Source: Lama glama
Taxonomy: Eukaryota
Assembly (NCBI GenBank): GCA_028534125.1
Contig: CM052816.1
Span: 16,866,001-16,930,000 of the forward strand
Length of the DNA stretch: 64,000 nucleotides
Reading direction: 5' to 3'
The position numbers and the translations under genes are program-made. The notes below the pieces were generated by a model that was not told the DNA's origin, did not search any database, and saw only the letters and a program-made list of their open reading frames with translations. Positions 1-12,258 of the stretch are shown here, in pieces. The first letter of the stretch is position 1, and the number at the start of each line of letters is the position of its first letter.

Positions 1-1790
1 CAGAGAAGCCAAAATGATTGGAAACAATAATGCAATCTACCATAGTCCATCTCTTGGTCAAAACATTCATTTTCCTCCCTTCCACAAGCAAAATATACCA
101 ACCCACTTTCTAAGGAAGGTGCCCTAAGAGTTCTGTCCAAGCAGGACATCGGGCTCCAAGTCTAGGATCTTGTGATAATTTCTGTATCGGGTCTGGATGT
201 GGTTCCTCTTAATCTGGAAGCCTGTCGACTGAAAAGTCACCTACATCCCATCTGTACTTAATATACAGTAATGAAACAGGGACAGGAGAAGCACAGCAAA
301 CTCTCTCAGTTAGAAAGGGGAGTAATTGGAGGCACACAGCATTGATTCATAGCAGTTCTGAAGTCCTGCTACATGAATCCTCCCTGGGAGTAGGGATTAC
401 TCTCTAATAAGGACCTGCTTTTGCTCCACTGGGGAGCAAAAAGCCCAGGAGCTTACCAGCCCCTTGGGATGTCCTTTCTTTTCCATTATTTTCTTGGGCT
501 ACATCTGAAAGGGGCACTGGAAATAACAACCTCCTTAGGGACTGAGTAGCATTCTCAGCTTGCTTCCTACCTGAGGAATGTTGGAGCATCTTAAGTCTCA
601 AATAGTCAGAAGCTCTTTTAATCCAGGCTGGTGGCTGCTAGCAATACAACTCTCTCAAAACATAATTGCTTTTTATACCTTTGACTGTCACCTCATGTGC
701 CAGTAGCCTTTCCTATAATCCCTTCCAAGACATGCGTCTCTTTCGAGACCTAATTAAAAGTACCTTACCCTTATCAGGGTTCTGCGAGAGAGCCACTATC
801 TTAGTCTTTTTCCCTAAGCACATTTATCCAACTGGCAGGATTTATTGGATACCATTTTAATCAATAAGAGATCTCCACAAAGGGCATGATACCACAAACT
901 TGAATTGGTCTTTACCCCCAAGGCTGAATTGTAATCAACCTTATTACTCAAAGCATTTTTCAGTTTTCTCTTTTACCATTTGAATATGAGAAGCAATTGC
1001 ATCTCTAGGACCCTGCAAGTCCTAGAATTTCTATATTTCTCTTTTATGTTTCCTCCCTATTGTAAACTCGTCAGTTCTTCTCTGAGCTTGCTTCTTTCTT
1101 GTAGCACCTTGCCAAATGTAGCCATCAGCAGTCAAGACATACTAGTAATCTTCAGCTTCTTGCTTTCTTCCCTTTAAGGTATAAGCTCACTCAGTACATC
1201 ACCTTCCTTCCAAATTACTGCAGACAACAATTTTACCAAATGCTTTGCCACTGCATAATGAGGGCTGCCATCTTCCCAGCCCCCAGTAACAGTTTATTCA
1301 CCACCCACTGCCCAATCCCAAAGCCAAATACCATTTATTTTAGATCTTCATTTGTTACTTCAGCACTCCATTTCTAGATACCAATTACATTTTTGGTAAG
1401 AATTTGCTAAGTTATGGTGTAGTAACAACCAACCCCCGAATCTCTGGCTTTCAACAACAAAAGATGTATCTTTTGTTCATATTACACATCTGCTGCAGGC
1501 TTCCCTGAGTTAGCTTTGTATTTGCGCCACTGTCTTCTTCAGAGCCAGGATAGTAGAGGGAAAAGGGCTGCAGCAGGACCATGTGATGGTTCTGAAAGCT
1601 TCTGTTCAGTTATGATTTGCATCTCTTCAGCTCACAACTCACAGGCCAAAGCAAGTCACATGGCCAGGCCTTGCAGTTGGGTGGAAAAGTAGAGTCTTCT
1701 CACAGGGGGCCCGAAAATCACATGGCAACTGACGGGGATGTATAACCCTCCCACAGCAAGCAACTGGAAACACTAATAGAGTTCACCATA
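1..1790. mobile_element. MaLR (MLT1-type) internal sequence (~1-1385) followed by an LTR (~1386-1790)
   Basis: MLT1-like motifs include 'gttatggtgtagtaacaaccaacccccgaatctc' and 'ggccaaagcaagtcacatggcca'. The upstream part resembles MLT1-int. Boundaries are approximate. Confidence 0.6.
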
Positions 1791-2855
1791 CTCTTTGTTC
1801 CCTGCTTCCCACACCTCATCCTAATACCTCTCTTTCAGAACTTCCTGTGAGACATCTCCCTGAATCCACTTGTCTCCCCCCTCCTTTTCCCTTGGGAGCT
1901 CCCAGGTTTTCCCAAGTATCCAAACCATCCTTTCCTGTTTGCTTGATATCATCCATATCCCTTCCCTCCTAAACATACATTCACAAAGGCCCATTGGGTG
2001 ACATCCCTGCAAGCTCACCTCTCCCTTCAAACAAGATTTATTAACCAACATTTATTGAGCACCTACCATGTGTATGAGCTATGCAGTGATTTTATAAGAC
2101 CTAGTATGTCCCTTTTAAGAGCTCACAACCCCATGAGGGTGACTGAGAAAGCTGTTTCCTTTGAGATCATTGCCTCTTCCTTCTCTGCTTTTCTTTTTTT
2201 TTAATTTTCTTTTTAAGTTTATTTTTTTTAAGCCTTCTCTGCTTTTCTCAGTCAAATTCAGTTCCAGACCTGGTCTCATTTCTTTCTCCTCGGCATGTGA
2301 TGCATCTCCATAGCCAAGTGGTCGGGCCTGGAACACAGTCCACCACTGCCCCTTCTCTAGTACCAAGAGAAAACAAGTCCCCTTGCCCGCTTATGTGCCC
2401 ACAGGCAGTGTGTTTAGTGGTCAGGAGCAGAGACTCTGGAATCAGATAATCTGGGTTTCAAATCCCAGTTCCACATATTAGCTTATATGAGCCTGCGCAA
2501 GTGCTTTAACCTCTCTCATCCTCAGTTTCTTCTTACTCACCCAGAAACTTCTAGGAAGACTAACTGAGATTGAATATATTTTTCACTTACACCACAGTAC
2601 CTAGCACAGAGTGCTCATCCAGTGATAGCTGTATTATTCTTATCATTAAACCCAGTTTATTCATTGAGCCCAGCCTATATCTTTATGGTCATGTTTTTTT
2701 CTTACCTCTACCCAGCATGCAGTTAGTTAGGTAGAGACTCTGCCTTTTCCCTTCCCCTGAAGGGCTTTGAGGTCTGACCCAGCAGTCTCAGTCCCTCCTG
2801 CCCCCACCCCCAGCCCAGTGCTCAGGATTCTGCTGCTCCCCACCTTTCTCTCTAG

Positions 2856-5800
2856 GTGACTATGAGCTGGATGTCTCCCCCTATGAAGACACAGTGACCA
2901 GAAAACCTTGGAAAATGGATCTCAGCAAACTAAACATGCTCAAACCAGGTGTGGAGGCAACCTGGGGCTCAGGTGTGGGAGGGGGGCTGGACCCTGAGAA
3001 GGGTGGCTGGTAAGGAACACAAGCTGGGAGCATGGCTGGGGAGAGTTCTAGCCTGCTGGCTAACTAAAGAAGTACTCTCAGGGTGCAAGTTTGAGCTATG
3101 AGGCGTAGTCTAGTTTCACGAGTCAACAAAGAGCAATAGTTATTAGGGAGACATTTGAAGAGAGCCAATTAGGGCTCCCTGGTTCCAAAAGATGGGTCTC
3201 TGCAAAGGGTTTGGTGGGAGTGGCAGCAGTCCCAGAAAAAAATGTGCTGAAATGGAGTATTTACACACATTCAAGGCAGCCAGGAAAGCAGCCTTTTGTC
3301 CCTAAAGAGTAGGAAATTGCTTGTTTTCAACCATTTTAATGGGATGGGTGAGGTGTTGGGCAGGGAAAATGGTGAGAGAGAATGTGACTCCTCAGGGGTG
3401 ACTGAGGGTGGGGAGTCATCTGTCTGCCAAGTACTATGATGCATGTTTTTCAGGAAAGTGAGGCTGTTGTGTTAATTGGAAGAGAACACACACAAGCACT
3501 GTCTTTTTGAGAGAGATGTGTGCTTTGTTGGAATTACTAGAATTTTGAGAGAAAAGTGTGAAGATTTATACATAACAAACTCTTAGTTACAGGGAATCTG
3601 GGAATAACCTGTTCCAGTTACTCCCTTGTTCTGGCTGCTGGAATATTCTCTTAATAGACATATCACTGTAGTTTTCTAAGATTCAGAGTATGGAGAATGT
3701 TTATGCATGTATCAATCAATGAAAGATGGGCAGGTGATATTAAAACTGAGCACAATGGACAGATACAAAATGAAAATCCTAAATAGAATTTGGTTGCATC
3801 TGTTTGGGACCATTCAAAAAGTACTTTAGAATGTTGTAGGGCCTCTAGGTTATGCTTTCTGGGAGTAGGGATTTTCTCTCACTCACTGCATAGGACTGAG
3901 GAAAGGGTTTTGGTTATTTGAGTTTTCTGGCTGCTTGAATTCTAGGTAAATGTGTTAGATGTATATGGAGGTGTTTTTTGTTTTTTGTTTTTTTAACCTA
4001 GTCATGATGAGGAGCAGATATAGTTTGTGGGTAGAGGGAGCGCCCTGGATTAGGAGTGTGGAGTGGCCTTCCTCCGGGCAGTCTTCCCTTTCCTCCTACC
4101 CCGACTACCATCCTTAAATCAGAGGGTTGCCGGAGTTCCCAGGGCGGCTGGGCTGCAGGTTTACAGAGAGGACCGCTGACTTGGTGTCCCTCTCCCCTAG
4201 ACTCGGATCTCTGCCTCAAGTTCGCCATGTTGTGCACTCTTAATGACAAGTGTGACCGGCTGCGCAAGGCCTACGGGGAGGCGTGTTCCGGGTCCCGCTG
4301 CCAGCGCCACGCCTGCCAAGGGCAGCTACGTGCCTTCTTCGAGAAGGCGTCGGAGCCTCACGCGCAGGGCCTGCTGCTCTGCCCGTGCGCGCCCACCGAC
4401 CAGGGCTGCGGGCAGCGCCGGCGCAACACCATCGCCCCCGGCTGCGCGCTGCCCTCCGAGCCCCGCAACTGCCTGGAGCTGCGGCGCCTCTGCCTGGCCG
4501 ACCCGCTGTGCAGGTGCGGGGTGCTGGGTGCGGGCGGGCAGGGTGGGCGCCACTCCTTCCGGGCCGCCTTCCTGTGCCCGGCTGACCCCCGCCAGGGCCC
4601 ACGGACCGACTTCACCACTATCTACCTTCGATACCTCCTGAAACTCTTTTCTCAAAAAGAATGTATAGTATATATATATACATACATATTTTTTCTCCTT
4701 TGTGTGAAAACTTTAGAAAATATTAAAATGTGTAAAAATATCACCCAAAATCTGTCACTAGAAGGTAATCTACCATACTTTGGGGAGGATTTCCTTCTAG
4801 TTTGTTTGTTTGTTTTCCCTCTTATACAAATAAACAAAATCAGACATTCTGGGACTATATTTGTATAGTTTTGTTTTTGTTTTTGTTTTTCATTTATGGT
4901 ATGCATCTGGTGAACATTTCAGATGGAGGCAGTATGGAACAGAGTTCATGAAGACAGGCTCTGAAGTCAGACTGGAATTTAAATCCTGGGTCTCTGTGAC
5001 CTTGAGCCCATCACTTAACCTAAAATTCTATCACTTAAGGTTCCACTTAGTCCTGTGTAAAAATTGGGATTGTAATGCAGATCTCATGGGATTCTGGTGA
5101 GAGTTAAATTGCATAATTTATGAAGAGAGTTAGTTTACTGGTATAGAGTAAGCACTCAGTAAATGGTAGTGTTTATTTTGCATTTTCTGGCCTTTGACAA
5201 CTTGATTTTTTTTTTTTTTTGGTGGAGGGAGGTAATCAAGTTTATTTATTTACTTATTTTAATGACAGTACTAGGGATTGAACCCAGGACCTCATGCAAG
5301 CTAGACATGCACTCTACCACTGAGCTATACCCTCCCCCTGGTAACTTGATTTTTAAATGCCTACGTTGTATTTCATTTTATGGATGCCTCATACTTTATT
5401 TGTCCTTCTATTTTTAGATATTTAGTTTCCTTTCTTTATTGCTATACATAATGCTGCAATAAATATCATTCTTATTCATTAATCTTCATGCGCAAATCTA
5501 ATTACTGTTTAGATTGTGTTGCTACAAATGGCATAACCAAATCAACGGACATCAAAATTTATAAGGTGTCTGATACATTTTTTTAAGCAAAACTCTGGTC
5601 TCTGTTTCCTTAGCCTTCTCAGGACAAACTCTCACAAAACTGAAGTTATTATCCTTTTAAGTGATATTTGTTGACAGAGTCACACCAACCTTGTTTTGCA
5701 ACCTAGTTCTATCACTTCTCTGTAACTTTGGGAAAGTTACTTTACCTCTCTGAGTCCCACTTCCTCTTCTGTAAATATTACATAGTCAGAGCTCTCAATA

Positions 5801-7808
5801 ATCATAATACTTAGGCTAAGTACTTACTATGGGCCAAGTACTGTTTCAGTACTTAGCATGTATTAACCCATCTAAACTTCACAAGAACCCTGTAAAACAG
5901 ATGCTGTGTTTTTTTTTTATCATCCTCAGTTTACAAATGAAGAAACCATAGCGGAGAAAGTTTAAATAGCTTGCTCAAATTCACCTAGGTGCTGAGTCAG
6001 ATTTGTTAATGAGATTTGGGATGAAGGAAGGTCTGGCCTAGAGTCTGTGTTCCTAAAGGCTGTGCTGTGCTGCCTGTTATCAAGCTGGTAGCTGGTACTA
6101 TTACATAACAAGTGCTGGACTAGATGACTAAGATAATGTCCCTTCCTTCAAGGAGTTTACGATTGAGTGGGACGACAGAGAACTAATCCACCAATCTAAC
6201 ACAAGGCCAAATGGAAAACGGCAGAAATATGTACAGAAAAATATACTCATGATTCTATCACCTAAAGATAACCAGCTTTAGCTATTGTAGGGTGAGTGTT
6301 AAAAATAACAATATTTAACATTTACTGAATAGTTTACTATACACCAAGTACTATGTTAAATGCGATACATGCAGTCTCTTTTTCATCCGCACAAAAATCC
6401 ACAAGGTAGTGCTGTTTTCATCTCTATTTACTGTCGAGGAAGCTGAGGTTAAAGAAGCTGCTTGATATCTCATAATTAGGGATTGTGGAGAGCAAATTCA
6501 AAGTGATATGCTGTGGAGGCTAGGGTGATAGTGCATTTAATTGTGACAGGAGCAGGCTTCATGGAGGAAGCTGTGAACAAGGCTCTGAAATGCAGGGGAG
6601 GATTTGGCATTAAGATGGGCATGTCAACTAAAGGGGCAGCAAGGTGAAGGCTGCAGGACAGATCCTCAACGGGGTCTCTTAAAATTCCCTTCTTCTAGAT
6701 CGCGCCTGGCGGATTTTCAGACCCACTGCCATCCCATGGACATCCTAGGGACCTGTGCAACAGATCAGTCCAGATGTCTGCGAGCCTACATGGGGCTGAT
6801 TGGTGAGGCTGGGGGGCATGTGTAGGGAGCTCTTGCAGTGAAAATGCTCTGGAGGCTGAACCCAGATGGTGTGGTCCTGAGACTGGTGGGAGAGGGTGGG
6901 AGCTAAAGTTGACCATCCTCTCTTCACCCTACAGGGACTGCCATGACTCCCAACTTTGTCAGCAACGTCAGCACCAGCGTTGCCTTAAGCTGCACCTGCC
7001 GAGGCAGTGGCAACCTGCAGGAGGAGTGTGAGCAGCTGGGAGATTCCTTCTCCCACAACCCCTGCCTCAGTGAGTGCGCTCCACCTGCTCCCAGTCCCCG
7101 AGACTGGCTCAGCTTGAGAGGGAAGGGGTCAGCTCTTTGGTCCATGCTGGTCCATCTCCTGCATTCAGAGCATCCCCCCAGCCTGGGACTTTCTGCCTTC
7201 TCCCACCCACTGAGTGACCCCCAAGCTGCCTTTTCACTTCTCTGGGCCCCAGGGACAGTCTTCAGCTCAAGGAATAGCAAGCAGGATGAGATAACATCCC
7301 ATTCCCACCTGCCACCCACCTACCCTCCTATACCCCAGGGTCCATGAGACATTCCCTTTCCTTCTTTGGGAGCCTGAGAAATCTCCAACATCTGCCTTCC
7401 TCCAACCCACTTTCTCTCTCTCCTTAGTGGAGGCCATTGCAGCTAAGATGCGTTTTCACAGCCAACTCTTATCCCAGGACTGGGCAGACTCTACCATTTC
7501 CATGATGGAACGCCAGGTAGGGACTCCTCTATTACGCCCCCACCTATCTCTACCAGACCGGCTGGGGGAAGCCCACACAAGGGGTTGGAGAGGGGTGATC
7601 TCCTTGTACTCATGAATACTATAGGCCTCTGATGGACACCTCGGGAGGGGGGATAGGCCTTGACTGAGGCTGAGGTGGTGAAAAGGGTGGAGCTGACTCC
7701 ATTCCATTTCTTCCACAGAACAAAAACCCTGCTCTGAGGTCACGGCCCTGGGTGCCCTCTCTTTTCTCCTGTTTACTTACATTGCTTCTGCTCCCGAGCC
7801 TCTGGTAG
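2856..7808 (+). CDS. GFRA3: GDNF family receptor alpha-3 (artemin receptor), 3' part; first exons lie upstream of the window. Exons: 2856-2948, 4201-4513, 6699-6802, 6935-7069, 7428-7516, 7719-7808 (TAG)
   Basis: The spliced translation gives DYELDVSPYEDTV, SDLCLKFAMLCTLNDKCDRLRKAYGEAC, RRRNTIAPGC, SRLADFQTHC, CLRAYMGLIGTAMTPNFV, CTCRGSGNLQEEC, NPCLMEAIAAKMRFHSQ, and a hydrophobic GPI-signal-like C-terminus (PWVPSLFSCLLTLLLLPSLW*). All introns are GT..AG and the phases are consistent. Confidence 0.97.
5211..5339 (-). mobile_element. tRNA-derived SINE (camelid Vic-1-like)
   Basis: The minus strand reads GGGGAGGGTATAGCTCAGTGGTAGAG...GGTTCAATCCC (Pol III A/B boxes) followed by an A-rich tail. 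The direct repeat AACTTGATTTTT occurs at 5199-5210 and 5343-5354. Confidence 0.85.
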
Positions 7809-8342
7809 CTGGACTTCCCGGGGGGCTCTCTTCTCTACCACACCCAGCCTGACCTGCTGCCTGCAAGGGGTGAGGAAAGGACAGCATCAGGAAGGAGGTT
7901 CAGTGAACAATGTTGCAACCCTAGTCCCAGCCCACAGAAACGGACTAGTGTAGTTCTCGTTCCCTCCACTTCTGACTCAGGCTTCCCTTCCTTAGGACTT
8001 GGTTACCATGGTTTAGCCATGTCTTCTGGTGGTGTCCCGCTCTACCAGGCTCTCTCCTTATTCCTTCCTTCTGCCCAGCAGATCACCCAGGCTCTAACAA
8101 ATTAGTCATGCTCTGTTGCATTCTCCAGGTAGGCAGGGCTGGGTATTCTGAGGCAGCCTAAAAAGATATTCCTCATGACGAGGAAGGCTAGAGCAAGACT
8201 ACTGGCCCTTTGTCTCCTCCTCTGAATAGGGGGTGGGAACCTACTGCCTGCCCTGCCCTGGGATCCTGGGATTCTGCAAAGCATTTGGGCCTTGCTCTCT
8301 TCCTGCTACTGTCCCAAAGTGCCCCCAGCCTCTTGCATCATG

Positions 8343-8348
8343 ATTAAA
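8343..8348 (+). terminator. Probable GFRA3 polyadenylation signal (ATTAAA)
   Basis: ATTAAA lies ~535 nt after the stop codon and is followed by GT/T-rich sequence (tgtgctctttt). Confidence 0.6.
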
Positions 8349-10490
8349 CATTTTGACTTAAAAATGTGCTCTTTTCCCACTGTCTCACATTGTGAGTTTA
8401 TACAGAAATACGGGTATTACAGACACAGCAGCACAGACCAGGTGATATAGGAGGCACAGGACCCCTGCCACCAACTGCTTTGTGACCCCAGGCAAGATTC
8501 AGCCTCTCTGTGTACTTGACATGGAGCTGGAAGAAAAATAGCTTATGGGAGGCTGTGGACCTGGTACCTGTTCCACCTACAGCCATTTTGGGGTACTGTC
8601 TGGGATCTGCCACAGCAGCTGTGATGGGGAGGGTCCATAGGCAGCCACAACATTTGATCCCCTGCTTGTGTTATTGGTCTGCCCCAAACCATAATGGGGG
8701 CCAGAGGAAAGGAGAGACTGTCCTTGAACTCGTGTGCAATCCAGCTGGGACAAGGAGACAGCCACCCATGCAGTGTAGTTGGGAAAATATATAGAACTGT
8801 GGACGTTTGTCCGTTAATTCATTTGCTTACTCTTTTATACGTATCTGATGAGTGCTCTCTCTGAGAGACGCTGGGGGAGGTTCTGAGATAATAATGCTCA
8901 GATCCTATTTTTAAGCCTTTCACACATCACAGCAGGGGAACAGATGAGACATTCAATAAGAAAATGCAGTGTGATAAATACTAATAATAATCCTCAGTTA
9001 CTGAGCCCCTACTGTGTGCCAAGAATGACTGTGTCCCTACTGTGTGCAAGTATCTGCATAATTCATTTAATCCTTCAACAACATTTGACTTTGTCATTCA
9101 CTAGCTGTGTGACCTTGGTATTAACCTTTCTGTGCCTCATTTTCTACATTTGTAACGTGAAAAGGCATAGAACTGCCTCACTAGGAAGGAGATAATCCAT
9201 GTGAAAGAAAATCCATGTGCCTGACACATAATAAGAACTGAAAAAAGTTAGAAATTACAGCATATGTTTTTTTGTGGAAAATTTGGACAATACAGACAAT
9301 TATAAAGAAGAAAATGAAAATCTTTAAAATCTCATTCTCAAACTTCCAAACTACTCCCTTTATATCCGTGCATGTGAGAATCTTTGGGTATGTATAATTT
9401 TAGGTAACTGAGATTGGACACTGCATATCAATGTGTAAGCCACAGACATCTTTCAACATCCATAAGTAGAGCTTGAAAAACATCATCCTTCTTATCAGCT
9501 GTATAACATGAACTTGTATGAATGCATATTCCTACATACAGAGTTTATTTAACTAGTTCTGTATTGATGAGTATTTGGTTGTCTTCCCATTTTTTTCTGA
9601 GCCAAGTTTTAAGGCAGTGAGGAGGTGAAGTACAAAAGAGCTGCCAGATGGTGGGTGGAAAAGGGAAGCCTCTTCCTACATTCCTGTATCACCATACCCC
9701 ACCCTGCCCCAGAAAATGTCCAGCCAACTTGCCTTCCTGCAAACTTCAGTCAGGCACTGGGTGAACCTTACCCTTCCTCCTCTCCCAGGAAGATCTCTGA
9801 ACTGTCAAGCCTCTCCCTTTGCTTTGGCTCCATTATCCCAAGGCTGGTGGTGTGAATAGAATAGCCATTCCTTGCTAAGTGCTTGAATTAGACTAATAGG
9901 TCATCTGTACTTTTCTCTGAAGAAGGTCCAAATTCCTGGTAAACAAACAGACCACTCTCCCAGCCTAGGGCCCAGAGCCAAGACCCAGGGTGGGGGCACA
10001 GTGGCTGGACTGAAGCGTTTAATGGTATCCTGGCTGGCTGGGAAAGTTAATGCCATTAGACTAGTTTCTGGGTAATGAGGTGGGAAGGGCTGCTGGCAGC
10101 AGTGGTAAGTGGAACATGCTGAATTACAGGACTCTTGCATGGCTCGGGTGGAGCAGACTTTCTTTTAAACAACTATCTTCAAATGTATCCATTCAATCAT
10201 GTATTCATTCAACAAACCTCTGACAAGCATTTGTTCTGTGCTCAGCTGTAGTTTTCAGGATATGCCTCTGTCCATTTCACCATTTCAGTGAAAGGGCAGC
10301 CCAGGACCTCTGGCAGCTGGATCTCGCTTTAGGCAGTTGGGACTTTTCATTTATCCTGGTCAACTATAACACTCAGTGTTTGACTTGGGAGATATTATTT
10401 ACCACTCTAAGCTACCATAACCTCATCTCCAGTGGGGATGCCAATAGGAATACTTCAGGGGTTGCAGTTTTTGTTTTGCTTTCATTTTTT

Positions 10491-10532
10491 TAACATTTTT
10501 TTATTGAGTTATAGTCATTTTACAATGTTGTG
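10491..10532 (-). mobile_element. Extremely 5'-truncated L1 3' end
   Basis: The L1-tail-like sequence 'ttttattgagttatagtcattttacaatgttgtg' is flanked by the direct repeat TGCTTTCATTTTT (10478-10490 and 10533-10545). Confidence 0.6.
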
Positions 10533-11800
10533 TGCTTTCATTTTTAATAAATACAACACTAGCAATTTAATTTCAGCCAAAACAGTAATTGGTAGTCTCA
10601 ACTAATGTTTATATACATTTAAATGGTTTTGGTTTGGCAATTTTTTAGCTTTATAAAAGCTTATAAGCATGAGGAATGTGTTCTCGTTTTGGTCTCCATG
10701 TATATTTAAGTTAGATAACAGTAAAAATATTAAAACAACCAGGGTTGTTTGAAGATTAGAAATAATTATAACACTTAACATAATGCCTGATTCAGGATGA
10801 ACACTCAATAAATGGCAACTATTGCTATATTACTTCTGGGAGGGGATCTATGGGTACATATACTCTACTCCCTGCCCTGAAACAGGGGTGAGTGATGGTA
10901 CTGGCTCTCCCTCCAATAGTGGGCTGAATTCTGGGTGGGGCTGTTCCTAGGAGACTCACTAGTCAAGCTCTGAACTCCAGGATGGAAGCCAGAGCTCTGG
11001 ATCTGTAGCTCAGGCCCTGAGGGACCTTGGACCAAGCATGGAGTTGAAGACAGTCAGTGTCTTAGTCAATGATCTTTTGGCTGCAAGTGACAGAAATATT
11101 GGAATTACTTAGTAAAAGGGGAATGTCATGCAATCCAATCCCAGGAAGTTCAGCCAGGCTTTGAGGGGAGATGGGACACGCAAGTCAGGAACCAGTCTTG
11201 AGCCCCATCTGTTGAAGTCCTAGACATCTTGGGCCATCTACTTCGTTCTCTCTGCAGACCTACTTCTTCTGCATGACCTTCCAGGGCCAGTATCATCAAA
11301 AAAAAAAATGATCTCCCACCCCAATTCCAAATTCACAGAAAATCTGATTGTGCACAGGTTCTAGATTGGCTTTCCTAGGTTGAGGGTCCATCCCAGGTCT
11401 ATCATCTGGGTAAAAGAAACATAGATCCATATACTACTGAAGTAATTATAGAGTCCTAGGCCTGTTAGTGGAGGGCAGTTTTCAGAGAAGGCAGTGTGGC
11501 TCAGCAAGACCCCAAAAGCACAGACTCTTGGCAGGGAATCAGGTGGATCTTAATCACCTGAGGTCCAGCTTTACATCTTTTGTAGCTTCCTTCCTGGTCT
11601 CAGAGTGTCTTCTTTGAGCTTCCTTCTTGGATGCTTTGAAGGGATGGGAATGTAGGAATGCAGGCCAGATGCTGTGGCTCCTTTGAGTCTGAGAACCATC
11701 CTGAGACCAACATGGAGATTCTTTATGGCTGCAGAAGGAGGCTTTGCTACTGTGGAACTTGCTTGATTTCTGGTCCCAGCAGTAGAAAAATAACACAAAG

Positions 11801-12258
11801 TCAAGGGATCAGAATATGCCACTCCGAAATATGTCACTTTGGCATGAGGATTATTTTGACCTGAAGGCAGTTAAGAATCAACAGGAAGAGTTCTCTGTCC
11901 TCCTCTTAACTACTTGAACGGTATAACTGAAGATAGGGAGTCAACATCAAGATAAGTCTGCATAAACAGACCTCACTAAAATAGCTCTTATTGTCCATAT
12001 ATTCCCCCATATATTTCCTAGTTACTTCACACAATTTATTGTTCCCTTGGTACCCAAACCCTCTATCCTTTGTTAAAAGGGTATATGAGGCCCCAAGTCT
12101 TCTATGAATTTTACTTCCTTTCTGTAAACTCCCATGCAGGTAAATACTAGTGAAACTTGTGCCTTATCTCCTGTTATTATGTCTTCTGTGAGCTTAATTC
12201 ACAGGCTTCCATTCACTGAACCTAAGAGGGTAGAGAAAAAGATTTCTCCTCCCCAACA
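11801..12258 (+). mobile_element. Solo ERV1-class LTR (MER34/MER39-like)
   Basis: It starts 'tcaagggatcagaatatgccactccgaaatatgtcactttggcat', typical of the MER34 group, and ends 'tttctcctccccaaca'. The 4-bp flanks are aaag and gaag. Confidence 0.7.

Noticed and set aside
4056..4868. 270-aa ORF and five overlapping GC-rich ORFs on both strands
   Set aside because: Only 4201-4513 is the GFRA3 exon. The rest is intronic read-through, and the other frames are stop-poor shadows of GC-rich sequence.
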